In this document: in pieces, positions 19,232 through 28,243 of the stretch
Layout: every line of letters begins with the position of its first letter
How positions within the stretch are numbered: position 1 is the first letter of the stretch
Source: a virus
Taxonomy: Duplodnaviria > Heunggongvirae > Uroviricota > Caudoviricetes
Direction: 5' to 3' (one strand)
Length of the DNA stretch: 51,851 nt
Virus record (IMG/VR): IMGVR_UViG_2923307698_000007
Location: 1-51,851 of that record
The notes under the pieces: generated by a model
The model's input: only the letters and a program-made list of their open reading frames with translations
What the model was told of the DNA's origin: nothing
The model's database searches: none
Translations under genes and position numbers: made by a program

Positions 19232-21169
19232 TCAGCCGCCGGACGCACTGCCGTAGTTCACTCCGGTGATCACCGCCACCGCCGCGGTACGGCGACGACG
19301 CCAGTTGATCCAGCGCTCCGCACGGATGGCCACGCTGCCTGTCTGGAACATGGAAACCAGCTCCACCGGGGACGGCGTGGTACTGTCGCCGGTCGGCTCA
19401 GACTGCATTTCCAGTGATGCCTCGCGGGACATATCCACTGCCACGCCGCCGTCATCCGCCAGATAAATATCCGGGGCATTCACCAGCACCAGCTGGTCAC
19501 CCACGTACTGGGAGACAATCACCGGCAGCCCCTGGAAGGAGCCACCCAGCAGGGTCATGTCCGGGTATTCCTTCTGACCCAGCGCATTTTTACGCATGGA
19601 CAGTGCCAGGGCATTGGTGCTGGACATCAGCCAGACCGCACCGGTGGGCTGCAGGTTTGCTGCCACAAACTGTCCAAACGCCGCCTCTGCATCCGCATCC
19701 GGGTTACCGGTTGATGCCGTGCCCTTCACATCATGGGTGATGGACGCCGGGGAGACATCTGCCACTGCGGCTTTTTTCGGGTCCACAAAGTCTGTATCCA
19801 GACGCGCCACCACCGCTTCCGCCAGCGCATTACGGACCAGTGCATCAGCAGCCGGACTGGAAAAACGGATCAATTCTTCCGTCAGTACCGCAATGGCCGA
19901 CACTTTCGCATGACTGAAGGTGATGGATTCAAAATCAAACTTCGTCAGGGGTTTTGCCTTACCCTCACCCACCCAGCCGGCAGCACCGCCGGACACCTGG
20001 GCGTGCACACGGATATTGAACGGCACCTGACGAAGTGCAGGGATCCCGCCCTGACCAAATCGCCCGATAATGGTCTGCGGACGCAGGTAATCAATAAAGT
20101 CCTGTGCGTATTCCTGATATTCAGACAGGCTGCCTGCCCACTGCGGATCCGTGGTGGTCCCCGCGCCCACTGCCGATTTCAGGACATGATGCAGACGACT
20201 GTCATCCGGATACTGACGACGGGCCACTTCCAGGGCTTCAGATCGGACGCCTTTAGCCGCAGCCAGCGATTTGGCAAAGCGGGCGAAGCCAATCCCCTTC
20301 TCCAGTTTCTGCTCCACACGGATCACCGGCGCAGAAGCCACCGCGGCCACATTCCCGTTACCGGCCTGTTTCACCGGCTGCGCCGTGGCGGCCTTACCGG
20401 CTTCCAGTTCACGCAGGCGCTTCAGGTGCGCATCCACCTGACGGATTTCCGCTGCGGTGTTGTCGTAGTGCTCTTCCTCCTCCACATCCAGCGTGCGCCC
20501 TTCCTCTGCGGCTTTGGTCATGACCTCCTCAAGGGAGGCTGCCAGCGCTGCACGCTTGTTTTCAAAACTTTTAATCTGTTCGCCAATATTCATTATGGTC
20601 TTTTCCTTATGAAAAACGGTTGTTGACTGTGCCGCAGCGCCGGCAGAAGATGCGATTTTCACCACCGGTTTCCGGTTGCCGGACGCGGCAGAAAACGGGC
20701 GGTCGTAAGATTTAATGGTCCGGATGGTGCATTCCGCATTCGCGGGCACGGTGACGGCAGACACCTCCATCAGTTCCCAGCGCAGAAAATGCAGTCCGCC
20801 TCCGTCCAGAAAGGTGTATTCATGGGGACGGAAACCCACGGACAGCCCCCTGACCAGCCCGGTCTTAATGGCCGCCCAGACCTCATCCAGCCGGGCAGCC
20901 AGTTGCGACGGCATATCCGGTACGGGCTTCACCAGTGTTGCCGTGATTTCCAGCCCTTCGCTGACCCGGCGTACCGTACACTGCCCCACCGGGCGGGAAT
21001 GGTCATGCTGCCAGAGAAACGGGATCGCACTGCCAAACTCCGCGCCCTCCGGCTCCAGGATGTCACCATCCCGATCCGGAGAAGGCGTTGACGCAATCCC
21101 GGTGATCACCCGTTCATCCTCACTGAAGGATTTCACCGTCAGCAGGGAACAGGCCCGTTTAAGAGTCAC
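19232..21169 (-). CDS. Prohead protease (S78/U35) - scaffold-like linker - major capsid protein fusion
   Basis: N-terminus has GDILEPEGAEFG, LWQHDHSRPVG, GLSVGF, ELMEVSAVTVPAN protease signatures; central coiled coil; C-terminal about 350 aa capsid-like; GTG start with AGGAGG RBS. Confidence 0.75.
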   Translation of the reverse strand: MTLKRACSLLTVKSFSEDERVITGIASTPSPDRDGDILEPEGAEFGSAIPFLWQHDHSRPVGQCTVRRVSEGLEITATLVKPVPDMPSQLAARLDEVWAAIKTGLVRGLSVGFRPHEYTFLDGGGLHFLRWELMEVSAVTVPANAECTIRTIKSYDRPFSAASGNRKPVVKIASSAGAAAQSTTVFHKEKTIMNIGEQIKSFENKRAALAASLEEVMTKAAEEGRTLDVEEEEHYDNTAAEIRQVDAHLKRLRELEAGKAATAQPVKQAGNGNVAAVASAPVIRVEQKLEKGIGFARFAKSLAAAKGVRSEALEVARRQYPDDSRLHHVLKSAVGAGTTTDPQWAGSLSEYQEYAQDFIDYLRPQTIIGRFGQGGIPALRQVPFNIRVHAQVSGGAAGWVGEGKAKPLTKFDFESITFSHAKVSAIAVLTEELIRFSSPAADALVRNALAEAVVARLDTDFVDPKKAAVADVSPASITHDVKGTASTGNPDADAEAAFGQFVAANLQPTGAVWLMSSTNALALSMRKNALGQKEYPDMTLLGGSFQGLPVIVSQYVGDQLVLVNAPDIYLADDGGVAVDMSREASLEMQSEPTGDSTTPSPVELVSMFQTGSVAIRAERWINWRRRRTAAVAVITGVNYGSASGG

Positions 21170-21184
21170 ATCAGCCTCCTGAAA

Positions 21185-21207
21185 ATAAAAAAACCGCCGG
21201 AGCGGTT
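21185..21207 (-). terminator. Hairpin with U-tract immediately upstream of capsid fusion RBS (terminator-like)
   Basis: 6-bp stem aaccgc/gcggtt at 21192-21207, plus-strand A-run 21187-21191. Confidence 0.3.
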
Positions 21208-21232
21208 CGTGATGGTTACAGTGTGAACAGGG

Positions 21233-22894
21233 TTATATGAAAAAAACCACATATTCTTTCTTTTTCGGTTCCGGGTTAAGGGACATCAGGGAGACCGCAT
21301 TGAACAGCGCCATCAGCGGGTCAATTTTTCCCCGTCCACTGGCCTGTTTGGTGATAAGAATGGCGTTACCTTTAGGCTCCACCCGGGCATTGCCAACGCA
21401 CCAGGCCATCAGTGGCTGACCACCATGCACCAGCACTCCCTCAGCCAGTTTGCGCTCGGTGGTTTTGATGGCCCCGCCCAGCTTCCAGCCCTGGCTTATC
21501 CCCACCACACTCTCATCGGGGATCCCGGCTTCCGCCAGTGAATCCAGAATCTGCCCCACACCTGACGGGTCAATACCGATATGATCCAGTAACTCAGCCT
21601 CATGAATACGACGCACATACTCTGCCACTTCCGCCGTGTCATCCCCGACCCGACGGACAATCGTCATGTCTCCACAGGCCACAAAATCCTGAAACCGGGA
21701 TACCTCACTCTTCCGTCTGACCACCGCGGTTTCATGCACCCAGGCATGGCCCCAGCCCAGCCATTCGCGGGTTTCCCTGTCACGGCCAATCACGTACATT
21801 CCCAGCAGATCATCCAGGCCCCCGCCGTCAATCCCCACCGTCACCACATCAGCGCGCTGCAGGATATCGTCCAGGCTGACGCGCCTGCCCTGCTGCTCCC
21901 AGAAATCCGCGCCCGCCCAGCGGTCAGAACGCAGGGCAAGACCGATTTCCACATTGGCGTGTTTTGACATGAAGCCACGAAATGCTTCCTCACCAGCCTC
22001 CCGGGCTTTACGGTACTCCCGGTACAGAAAGGCCTCATCCACCGAATAACCGAGATTCGGGTTAACCATGGCGAGGTTTTCCATCAGCAGGTGAGCCCCG
22101 CTTTCCACCATTTCAGGAGGATGCTCAAAAATCACCGGCAGAAAGTGCGGATCATGAATTTTGCCGTCACGGACATCCCGGGCGTACTGCAGTTTCTGCC
22201 TGAACACCCCGGCAGGCGGTTCATTCGACTGGGTGGTTGTGTACACCACAAACCCTTCCGGACGTGAAGCCAGCCCGCCGATGGCTTCACGTAGCATGTC
22301 TTCCGCTTTGTACTGCTTGCCAAACAGCCACAGTTCATCAATCAGTGTCCCCACGGACTTGATACCGGACACCGTATTCGGATCGGCTGCCACCACCTTC
22401 AGGGTGGTGTCCGTCTCCCGATGGGTGATGGTCCGGATATGTGTCTGCACCTGACAGAGGTCATCCAGATCATCGTCCCGTCGTACCATATCCCTGGCAG
22501 GGTTGAAGGCGTTAGCCGCCACCTCCACGGTCGGGGCCAGAATGGTGTAGCCCGCCGCCTGCCGCCAGTTCAGTAACAGCGCCGTCATCATGATCCCCGC
22601 GGCCAGCGTGGACTTACTGTTTTTCTTGGGGATAAGGATAAACACTTCCTTGATATGGCGAACACCGGTCTGCGCATCGTAGGAGCCAAACAGGGCCGCC
22701 ACCAGGTCAAACACCCACGGTGCACAGGACTCCCCGAATGTCGGGCTACCCGGTGCATCCACAATTCGCAGTTGTTTAAAAATCGCCAGTGCATGTGCAG
22801 CCTGGTCCGGATAAATCGGAGCCGGAATAATCGACAGCCCCTTTTTCAGGCGCTCTGCCCAGTCCGGACATGCCGTGCTCCATACAGGTATCAT
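21233..22894 (-). CDS. terL: Terminase large subunit
   Basis: 553 aa; Walker A-like IPKKNSKST and terminase-like nuclease half; 4-nt overlap with TerS. Confidence 0.9.
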   Translation of the reverse strand: MIPVWSTACPDWAERLKKGLSIIPAPIYPDQAAHALAIFKQLRIVDAPGSPTFGESCAPWVFDLVAALFGSYDAQTGVRHIKEVFILIPKKNSKSTLAAGIMMTALLLNWRQAAGYTILAPTVEVAANAFNPARDMVRRDDDLDDLCQVQTHIRTITHRETDTTLKVVAADPNTVSGIKSVGTLIDELWLFGKQYKAEDMLREAIGGLASRPEGFVVYTTTQSNEPPAGVFRQKLQYARDVRDGKIHDPHFLPVIFEHPPEMVESGAHLLMENLAMVNPNLGYSVDEAFLYREYRKAREAGEEAFRGFMSKHANVEIGLALRSDRWAGADFWEQQGRRVSLDDILQRADVVTVGIDGGGLDDLLGMYVIGRDRETREWLGWGHAWVHETAVVRRKSEVSRFQDFVACGDMTIVRRVGDDTAEVAEYVRRIHEAELLDHIGIDPSGVGQILDSLAEAGIPDESVVGISQGWKLGGAIKTTERKLAEGVLVHGGQPLMAWCVGNARVEPKGNAILITKQASGRGKIDPLMALFNAVSLMSLNPEPKKKEYVVFFI

Positions 22895-23454
22895 CCGCTT
22901 TCCTCATTCTGGTTATTCACCACCAGCCGGGGAGGTGGTGGCACCGCAAAACGGTTAGCCGCTTTTTTCGCGGCATCACCTTTTGCCGATTTTTTACCGG
23001 CATCGCCTTTTTTATGGTGTGTGAACTGCGCCAGTCGCCAGGCCGCATCCAGTGCCAGTTTCGGGTCAATTATCAGGTTTTCCACCAGGATCTGCCCCAT
23101 AGCTTTCACCGGATCGGGAAGACCATCCTCCATATATTCAATACCATGAGATATCACCGCGGGCGGAGGCATCTCCGGATTGTTTTCGTCCGGCTGTGGT
23201 ATTGCAGCCACCTCACGGCGACGGGGTTTATCCTCCTGCTCTGATTTTTTCTGCCGGTAAACAGGAACCTCATCCACCTCCACCGTTTCGCACTGTTTAC
23301 GGGCTATAAACGCGAGCACCTCCGGATCTTTTGCCAGCTGCGAGCCTTTAACCCTGGCGGTCTTCGCCGAATAACCGGCGGCAATGGCTGACGCTGTTTT
23401 GTTTTTCCCGGACATGAGCGCCAGCGCAAATTTTCGTTTTTGCGTTGTCAGCAC
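22891..23454 (-). CDS. terS: Terminase small subunit
   Basis: 187 aa with N-terminal HTH-like region, immediately upstream of TerL and downstream of cos-like repeats; GTG start with GGAGG RBS. Confidence 0.65.
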   Translation of the reverse strand: MLTTQKRKFALALMSGKNKTASAIAAGYSAKTARVKGSQLAKDPEVLAFIARKQCETVEVDEVPVYRQKKSEQEDKPRRREVAAIPQPDENNPEMPPPAVISHGIEYMEDGLPDPVKAMGQILVENLIIDPKLALDAAWRLAQFTHHKKGDAGKKSAKGDAAKKAANRFAVPPPPRLVVNNQNEESG

Positions 23455-23526
23455 AGCCTCCTCCCGGGTCCATAACGCACTCAGCCGGGTATGGTTCAGC
23501 CCATTTTTCCCGGCGTCTCATGCCGC

Positions 23527-23654
23527 AAATGTTAACTGCTGCCTGGTTAACATTTGCTGAAAAAGCCAGTTAACATTTTTTTCGCACAACAAACTGAATA
23601 ATAAAGATAAAAACCGAAAAAATGCCCGGGCAGCCAGTTAACATGTTAACTGGC
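23527..23654. other. Putative cos / terminase-binding region with GTTAACAT repeats and a 22-bp perfect palindrome
   Basis: Five GTTAAC-containing motifs at 23527-23578 and palindrome gccagttaacatgttaactggc at 23633-23654, between HNH gene and terS. Confidence 0.4.
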
Positions 23655-23742
23655 CTGAAACAGGAATTTTTTCTCTGCATGAGACGGGGGGCGGTGTCCG
23701 GAGCGATCGTTTTTTACGCCGGATGATACCCCCCCGCTCGGG

Positions 23743-24108
23743 TTACAGTCCGATGATGTCGTCCGCTCTGCCACTACCTCCGGACACCTCCGGCAGCGTC
23801 GGGTCCGGCATACCACCCGCCGCTTCACGAGCAGACTTTTGTCGATGGCATTCGGTACAGAGCGTCCAGAGATTCGTCTCCTCATTACCACCACCGAACT
23901 GAAGTGCAATTCGGTGATCGAGTTCACTGTCACAGAGGTCAACCACACGACCACAGAGACAGCACTGCCCGGCATCCCTGAGCCGGATATGACGCTTGAG
24001 GGAAACACGTGCACTGCCACTGACACGACGCTGTTCACCCTTCAGAATATTCACCCGCCGGGTGTTCAGAGTTTTGATTCTGCCCGGTAACGTACGAAGC
24101 ACAGCCAT
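23743..24108 (-). CDS. HNH endonuclease (terminase-associated, HK97 gp74-like position)
   Basis: 121 aa with CxxC...DHRIALQFGG...CTECHRQK HNH/zinc motif, adjacent to cos and terS. Confidence 0.85.
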   Translation of the reverse strand: MAVLRTLPGRIKTLNTRRVNILKGEQRRVSGSARVSLKRHIRLRDAGQCCLCGRVVDLCDSELDHRIALQFGGGNEETNLWTLCTECHRQKSAREAAGGMPDPTLPEVSGGSGRADDIIGL

Positions 24109-24149
24109 GTAAAATCCTCGCCATATAGCTTGTCACCAGAGGAAAGAAA

Positions 24150-24350
24150 ATGTCATCGAAAAACCGGCCCCGCAGAACAACAACCCGCAACATCCGTTTC
24201 CCCAATCACATGATTGAACAGATCAATATCGCCCTTGAACATAAAGGTTCCGGTAACTTTTCAGCGTGGGTTATTGAAGCCTGCAGGAGAAGGCTGGCAA
24301 CAGATGCAACGCATCTGCGTCCGGCCAGCATGACAAATAACGAGAAATGA
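24150..24350 (+). CDS. DUF3950 (YlcI-like) small protein
   Basis: 66 aa; TTTRNIRFPNHMIEQINIALEHKGSGNFSAWVIEACRRRL resembles recalled E. coli YlcI; GAGG RBS. Confidence 0.6.
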   Translation: MSSKNRPRRTTTRNIRFPNHMIEQINIALEHKGSGNFSAWVIEACRRRLATDATHLRPASMTNNEK

Positions 24351-24481
24351 ACGTTCGGTTACAGGAGCAGGTACCCACTGTCCTCCAACAATATTTCATC
24401 TTCATACCCGGCGGAACAAGACTTACCCAGCCGGAATGTACAGAATAACAACAGAGTGATAATTAATTTCTGATGAAATAA

Positions 24482-24814
24482 TCAGGGTGCAGAAGGACTA
24501 AAGATAAACGTTTTCTTCACGCCTTTACGCGGCCTGTCCTTCTCAAATCGCCATTTTGCCATCGCCTTTACAACCTGCTCATCAAACAGATGGTGCGGCT
24601 CTGAACGGATAAACTCAATTCGGGTGACAGTACCATCAGCACCAATATCAAACTTCACATCAACCCGTCCCTTTATATAATTTGCCGCTGCATAGGCCGG
24701 ATATTGTGGTAATGCCTTAACCAACTGTCGGGGCATATCTGTTTTATGTTGCGTACAGCCCATAACCAGAGAAGACAACAAAATAATTAACGGAAGATTT
24801 CTTTTCATTTTCAT
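24482..24814 (-). CDS. Lipoprotein with TonB C-terminal-like domain (moron at bor-like position)
   Basis: Signal peptide MKMKRNLPLIILLSSLVMGC with lipobox; start uncertain (GTG 24823, ATG 24814 or 24808). Confidence 0.5.
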   Translation of the reverse strand: MKMKRNLPLIILLSSLVMGCTQHKTDMPRQLVKALPQYPAYAAANYIKGRVDVKFDIGADGTVTRIEFIRSEPHHLFDEQVVKAMAKWRFEKDRPRKGVKKTFIFSPSAP

Positions 24815-25146
24815 TCCCGGCACAGATAAGAATAAGTCTTATTCTAACAATGCCACCCTGTCGGCCATCAATCCTCTGCTTAATGGCAACGACAATTATC
24901 CGACTTAAATCACAAATCAGACACATGACATAACAGGTCTTGCGAGGTAACACATCGTCCGGTTTCTTCCACCATCGCACCGAACCAGCGACCATGAGGG
25001 GACAACGCCGCGCTCCGTTAACGCGGTAAACCCCGGTGTGTATCGTTTTTGATTATCCCCGCACACTCGCGCAGAGGAGTCTCCCTGTCGGGCTGCGGTC
25101 TCTGTTAATGAGGGAATACAGCGACGATACGGCGCATCAGCAAAAC

Positions 25147-25605
25147 TTAGTTCAGGCACTGAGTGCGGATATAGTCCTGTGCCCCTTCCAGCTGCTTCTG
25201 CATTGTCATCAACCGTTCTCTGAGGATGAAATAATCCCGTTCAGCGGTGTCTGCCAGTCGGGGGCCGGTTGCATTATCCACGCCGGAGGTGCCGGTGGCT
25301 TCACGCACGGTACCGGAGCAGGTGGCGTTGATCCGCAGGCGCTTACGACCAGCGGCAACATCAGCACGCAGAGTTTCATTTTCAGCTCTCGCATCGGCTA
25401 ATTCCCTCGAGTATTTTGCATCGAGCGCAGCAACATCGCGCTGGCGCACCTGCATATCAGTAATGGTTGCGTTTGCCAGCTCCAGCTCTCTGGCTTTTTT
25501 ATCGCGCTGCGCTTTGTAGGTGATGACGTTATCGCGGTAATGATTCAGCCCCAGACTAAGCGCACCACAGACCACCAGCAGAATAACGGTAAACGCGGAA
25601 AGCAT
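25147..25605 (-). CDS. Rz: Spanin inner membrane subunit Rz
   Basis: N-terminal TM then coiled coil; strong similarity to recalled lambda Rz; start set at internal ATG (MLSAFTVILLVV). Confidence 0.85.
   Translation of the reverse strand: MLSAFTVILLVVCGALSLGLNHYRDNVITYKAQRDKKARELELANATITDMQVRQRDVAALDAKYSRELADARAENETLRADVAAGRKRLRINATCSGTVREATGTSGVDNATGPRLADTAERDYFILRERLMTMQKQLEGAQDYIRTQCLN
25209..25379 (-). CDS. Rz1: Spanin outer membrane lipoprotein Rz1 (embedded in Rz, +1 frame)
   Basis: MKLCVLMLPLVVSAC lipoprotein signal, Pro-rich mature part. Confidence 0.8.
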   Translation of the reverse strand: MKLCVLMLPLVVSACGSTPPAPVPCVKPPAPPAWIMQPAPDWQTPLNGIISSSENG

Positions 25606-25842
25606 TCGGTTTATGCTCACCCCACCAGCCCTGCCGAAGTCAACGCCATCCAGGTTATGGAAAGAAAAAGAACAACCAGCATTAGTGAAAATGAAATACC
25701 GACGATTACACAAAGGCCCTTCGCCAGCATTATGAGTTTGTCTGACATCTTTACCCCTTAATAGCAGTAATTAACCGGGCAACCACCCATAAAAACGGAA
25801 TCAGCCAGACCAGCAAAAATTTCCAGTCCGTTTTTATCATCT

Positions 25843-26538
25843 TCATGCTGCGGTAGCTCTCCATGCAGCAAGCAGACCAGCAATCCACTGAACACCTTTT
25901 GGGGTGAATTTAACCTGCGTAAAAGCATGACCATTGCCCGCCTCGCCCGTTTTCACGCTAAACCGCCCCGCATCCAGGTGATGCGAGTAAGGCGTCATTT
26001 TTCCAGCGAGGCGATACATTATTCCGTTCTCCAACAAAAACAGCCGGAAATCGGTTTCTTTGATACCGAGTAACTTAGCAACTTCCCGGAATCCCATCAG
26101 ACCAGATGCTTCAACATAGTTATCAACAAATTCAGCCTTCGGCGCTGCTATTGCCAGTTGATTTTCCAGCACTGCTTTCTGTTCAGCCAGTTTTGCCGCA
26201 AATCGCAACGCCTCAGGTAAAGTCCGGGGGATCTGAATACCATGCATCGCTTTGAGTCTTGCCAGCACAGAACGACGAACGGCCTTTGACTCCCTCATGC
26301 CAACGAGCATCATCTGGTCAAAATCCAGATCATAGTATGCCGTTCTTGTCTGGTTATTGTTTAACCGGAATTTTTTTCCGGTTCCATCAAGCTCTAGCTC
26401 ATCCTCAATTTTTGCAAGAAACTTACGCGGTTCATGAGGGACTTCTCCGGCTTCTGCCCGGGCTGGATTAATAATGTTATTCAGAAAATCCAGACTACTC
26501 ATGGATATTTCATGATCGATAGAAATCATCTCTTTCAT
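25843..26538 (-). CDS. Putative antirepressor (KilA-C/Ant-like domain)
   Basis: 231 aa between endolysin and Rz; C-terminal region resembles Ant/KilAC domain. Confidence 0.5.
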   Translation of the reverse strand: MKEMISIDHEISMSSLDFLNNIINPARAEAGEVPHEPRKFLAKIEDELELDGTGKKFRLNNNQTRTAYYDLDFDQMMLVGMRESKAVRRSVLARLKAMHGIQIPRTLPEALRFAAKLAEQKAVLENQLAIAAPKAEFVDNYVEASGLMGFREVAKLLGIKETDFRLFLLENGIMYRLAGKMTPYSHHLDAGRFSVKTGEAGNGHAFTQVKFTPKGVQWIAGLLAAWRATAA

Positions 26539-26811
26539 GGTTGATTCCTTTTAGTGATGAACCCTGCGCACAGGAATAACCAGCCCAAAGAGGGTTAACC
26601 AGACCACTGCCGGTTATCCACTAGGGCTCATCCTGAAAGGTTCTTTGGTTTATTTACGCTTGTGCGAAGCGCAGAAATGACAAAGGCACCATTACGGTGC
26701 CTCTGCGTGAAATAATCTGCCTAACTTTATTCACTTACATTTTGCCAGTTCGCAGGATTTCGTGTTATCCGCCCGCGCTGGCCAACGTCATTTTTCAGCA
26801 AAATATTCTGC

Positions 26812-27345
26812 TTATCTGTCGATTCCCCAGCACGCCAGAGCGCTCTCCTGGTCACGACGGGATACCTGACCATAACAGTTATTTGAGCGAATACGGCAGT
26901 CTCTGCCACCGTCCTTAATCCACCAGCGAATCGCCTCGCATGCTCCCCTGCGGTCACCAGCATTAATCCGTCTGTAAAACGTCGACGGGAAACACTTACC
27001 GGGGCCAATGTTGTACGGACAGAATGACGCAATCCCCGCTTTCTGGGGTTCGGTCAGTGGCACTCTGATGTTTTTCGCCACCCATGCCAGCGCCTTATCA
27101 CGCTCAATGGCGTTAACCCGGTCGCATTTTTCCTTCGACAACTTCATGCCCGGAACGACAGGTTTACCATCCACCAGGATGGCACCGCGGCAGATGGTCC
27201 AGATACCCGCGCCATCACGGTATGCCGTGGTGTGGTTACCTTCCTTTTCATCCAGAAACTGGTCGAGGATTTCAGGCGCAGGCGCACCTGCGGCAATCAG
27301 CGCCAGAACGGCAGCCGACAGGCCGTATCTGATTTTGGTGTTCAT
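26812..27345 (-). CDS. R: SAR endolysin (lysozyme, phage 21 R-like)
   Basis: 177 aa; N-terminal signal-anchor-release helix GLSAAVLALIAAGAPA followed by lysozyme-like domain. Confidence 0.85.
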   Translation of the reverse strand: MNTKIRYGLSAAVLALIAAGAPAPEILDQFLDEKEGNHTTAYRDGAGIWTICRGAILVDGKPVVPGMKLSKEKCDRVNAIERDKALAWVAKNIRVPLTEPQKAGIASFCPYNIGPGKCFPSTFYRRINAGDRRGACEAIRWWIKDGGRDCRIRSNNCYGQVSRRDQESALACWGIDR

Positions 27346-27395
27346 GGATATTTATCAGGGTTTATCGATTTCAAATCCCTGGATATGTTAAGTCT

Positions 27396-27740
27396 TCAGG
27401 CCAGCGGTGGAGTCTTCAGAGAACCAGTAATTATTCCCGGTAGTTTTCCTCTGTAGGTTATCAACACATCCTGCGCCTCTAAAATGATGGGCCGCTTTTC
27501 CGGCAACGGACCATCCCCTTCACATAACCCGGCAGCAACATCCATGAAAAACTGCTTCGCCTGCTTTTTCGCCTCAGCTTCGTAAAACTCCAGCGTGGCT
27601 CCTTCAGTACGGTCAAGACTAATCGCCACATCTGGCAACAACAACGACGGATGCCCGCCAATTTCAAGTGCCACAGTAACAGCAATCTTATCCGGGTAAT
27701 TATTTATCTCTTTAACAACCAGTTCGTATTTTTTCTTCAT
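27396..27740 (-). CDS. Hypothetical protein between holin and endolysin
   Basis: 114-aa ORF, MKKKYELVV start 5 nt after S stop; no recognisable motif. Confidence 0.5.
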   Translation of the reverse strand: MKKKYELVVKEINNYPDKIAVTVALEIGGHPSLLLPDVAISLDRTEGATLEFYEAEAKKQAKQFFMDVAAGLCEGDGPLPEKRPIILEAQDVLITYRGKLPGIITGSLKTPPLA

Positions 27741-27744
27741 CGCT

Positions 27745-27951
27745 TTAGTCTCCCCGCGCCGTCTTACGGCGGTCCTCCCTGATTTTGAAATACAGGTTAG
27801 TCAGATACGTCAGCAGGCCAAACAGCAGACTTCCCAGCACACCTATTGCCACCCACTGGGACGGAGAGACTTTGTCCAGCAGCTGCAGTAACCAGTATCC
27901 CGTCCCCACCGCTGACGTGGTGTATGACACACCTGTTGTGATTTTTTCCAT
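27745..27951 (-). CDS. S: Pinholin S (phage 21 S21-like, class II holin)
   Basis: 68 aa; two TM segments; [15 protein letters not shown] resembles recalled S21. Confidence 0.85.
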   Translation of the reverse strand: MEKITTGVSYTTSAVGTGYWLLQLLDKVSPSQWVAIGVLGSLLFGLLTYLTNLYFKIREDRRKTARGD

Positions 27952-28206
27952 CTGATGTATGTCTCCGTCACCGCCGACAGAAAATGAAAGTAAAGAAAAA
28001 CAAAAAAGCCGCCAGTGTCACCCACTGACGGCCAACGCCGGGAGCCGTGATTATGGCATTCAGGCTCTGCTAAAAATGCCAGATAACATTCCGGCCTCCC
28101 CTGATTCAGGTTATAAATGACACAATATCTTGACAACATCCGTCACTGTCTGTCAGAAAATGTACTGCCAAATATAAGTATCATGTGAAGTACATCTACC
28201 CGTTTT

Positions 28207-28243
28207 AGCCAGCGTCCTTCAGAGTGGACGCTGGCTTTTTTTA
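28207..28243 (+). terminator. Strong plus-strand intrinsic terminator (orphan orientation) between S and nanS-p
   Basis: 11-bp perfect stem agccagcgtcc/ggacgctggct, 8-nt loop, followed by T7. Confidence 0.55.
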
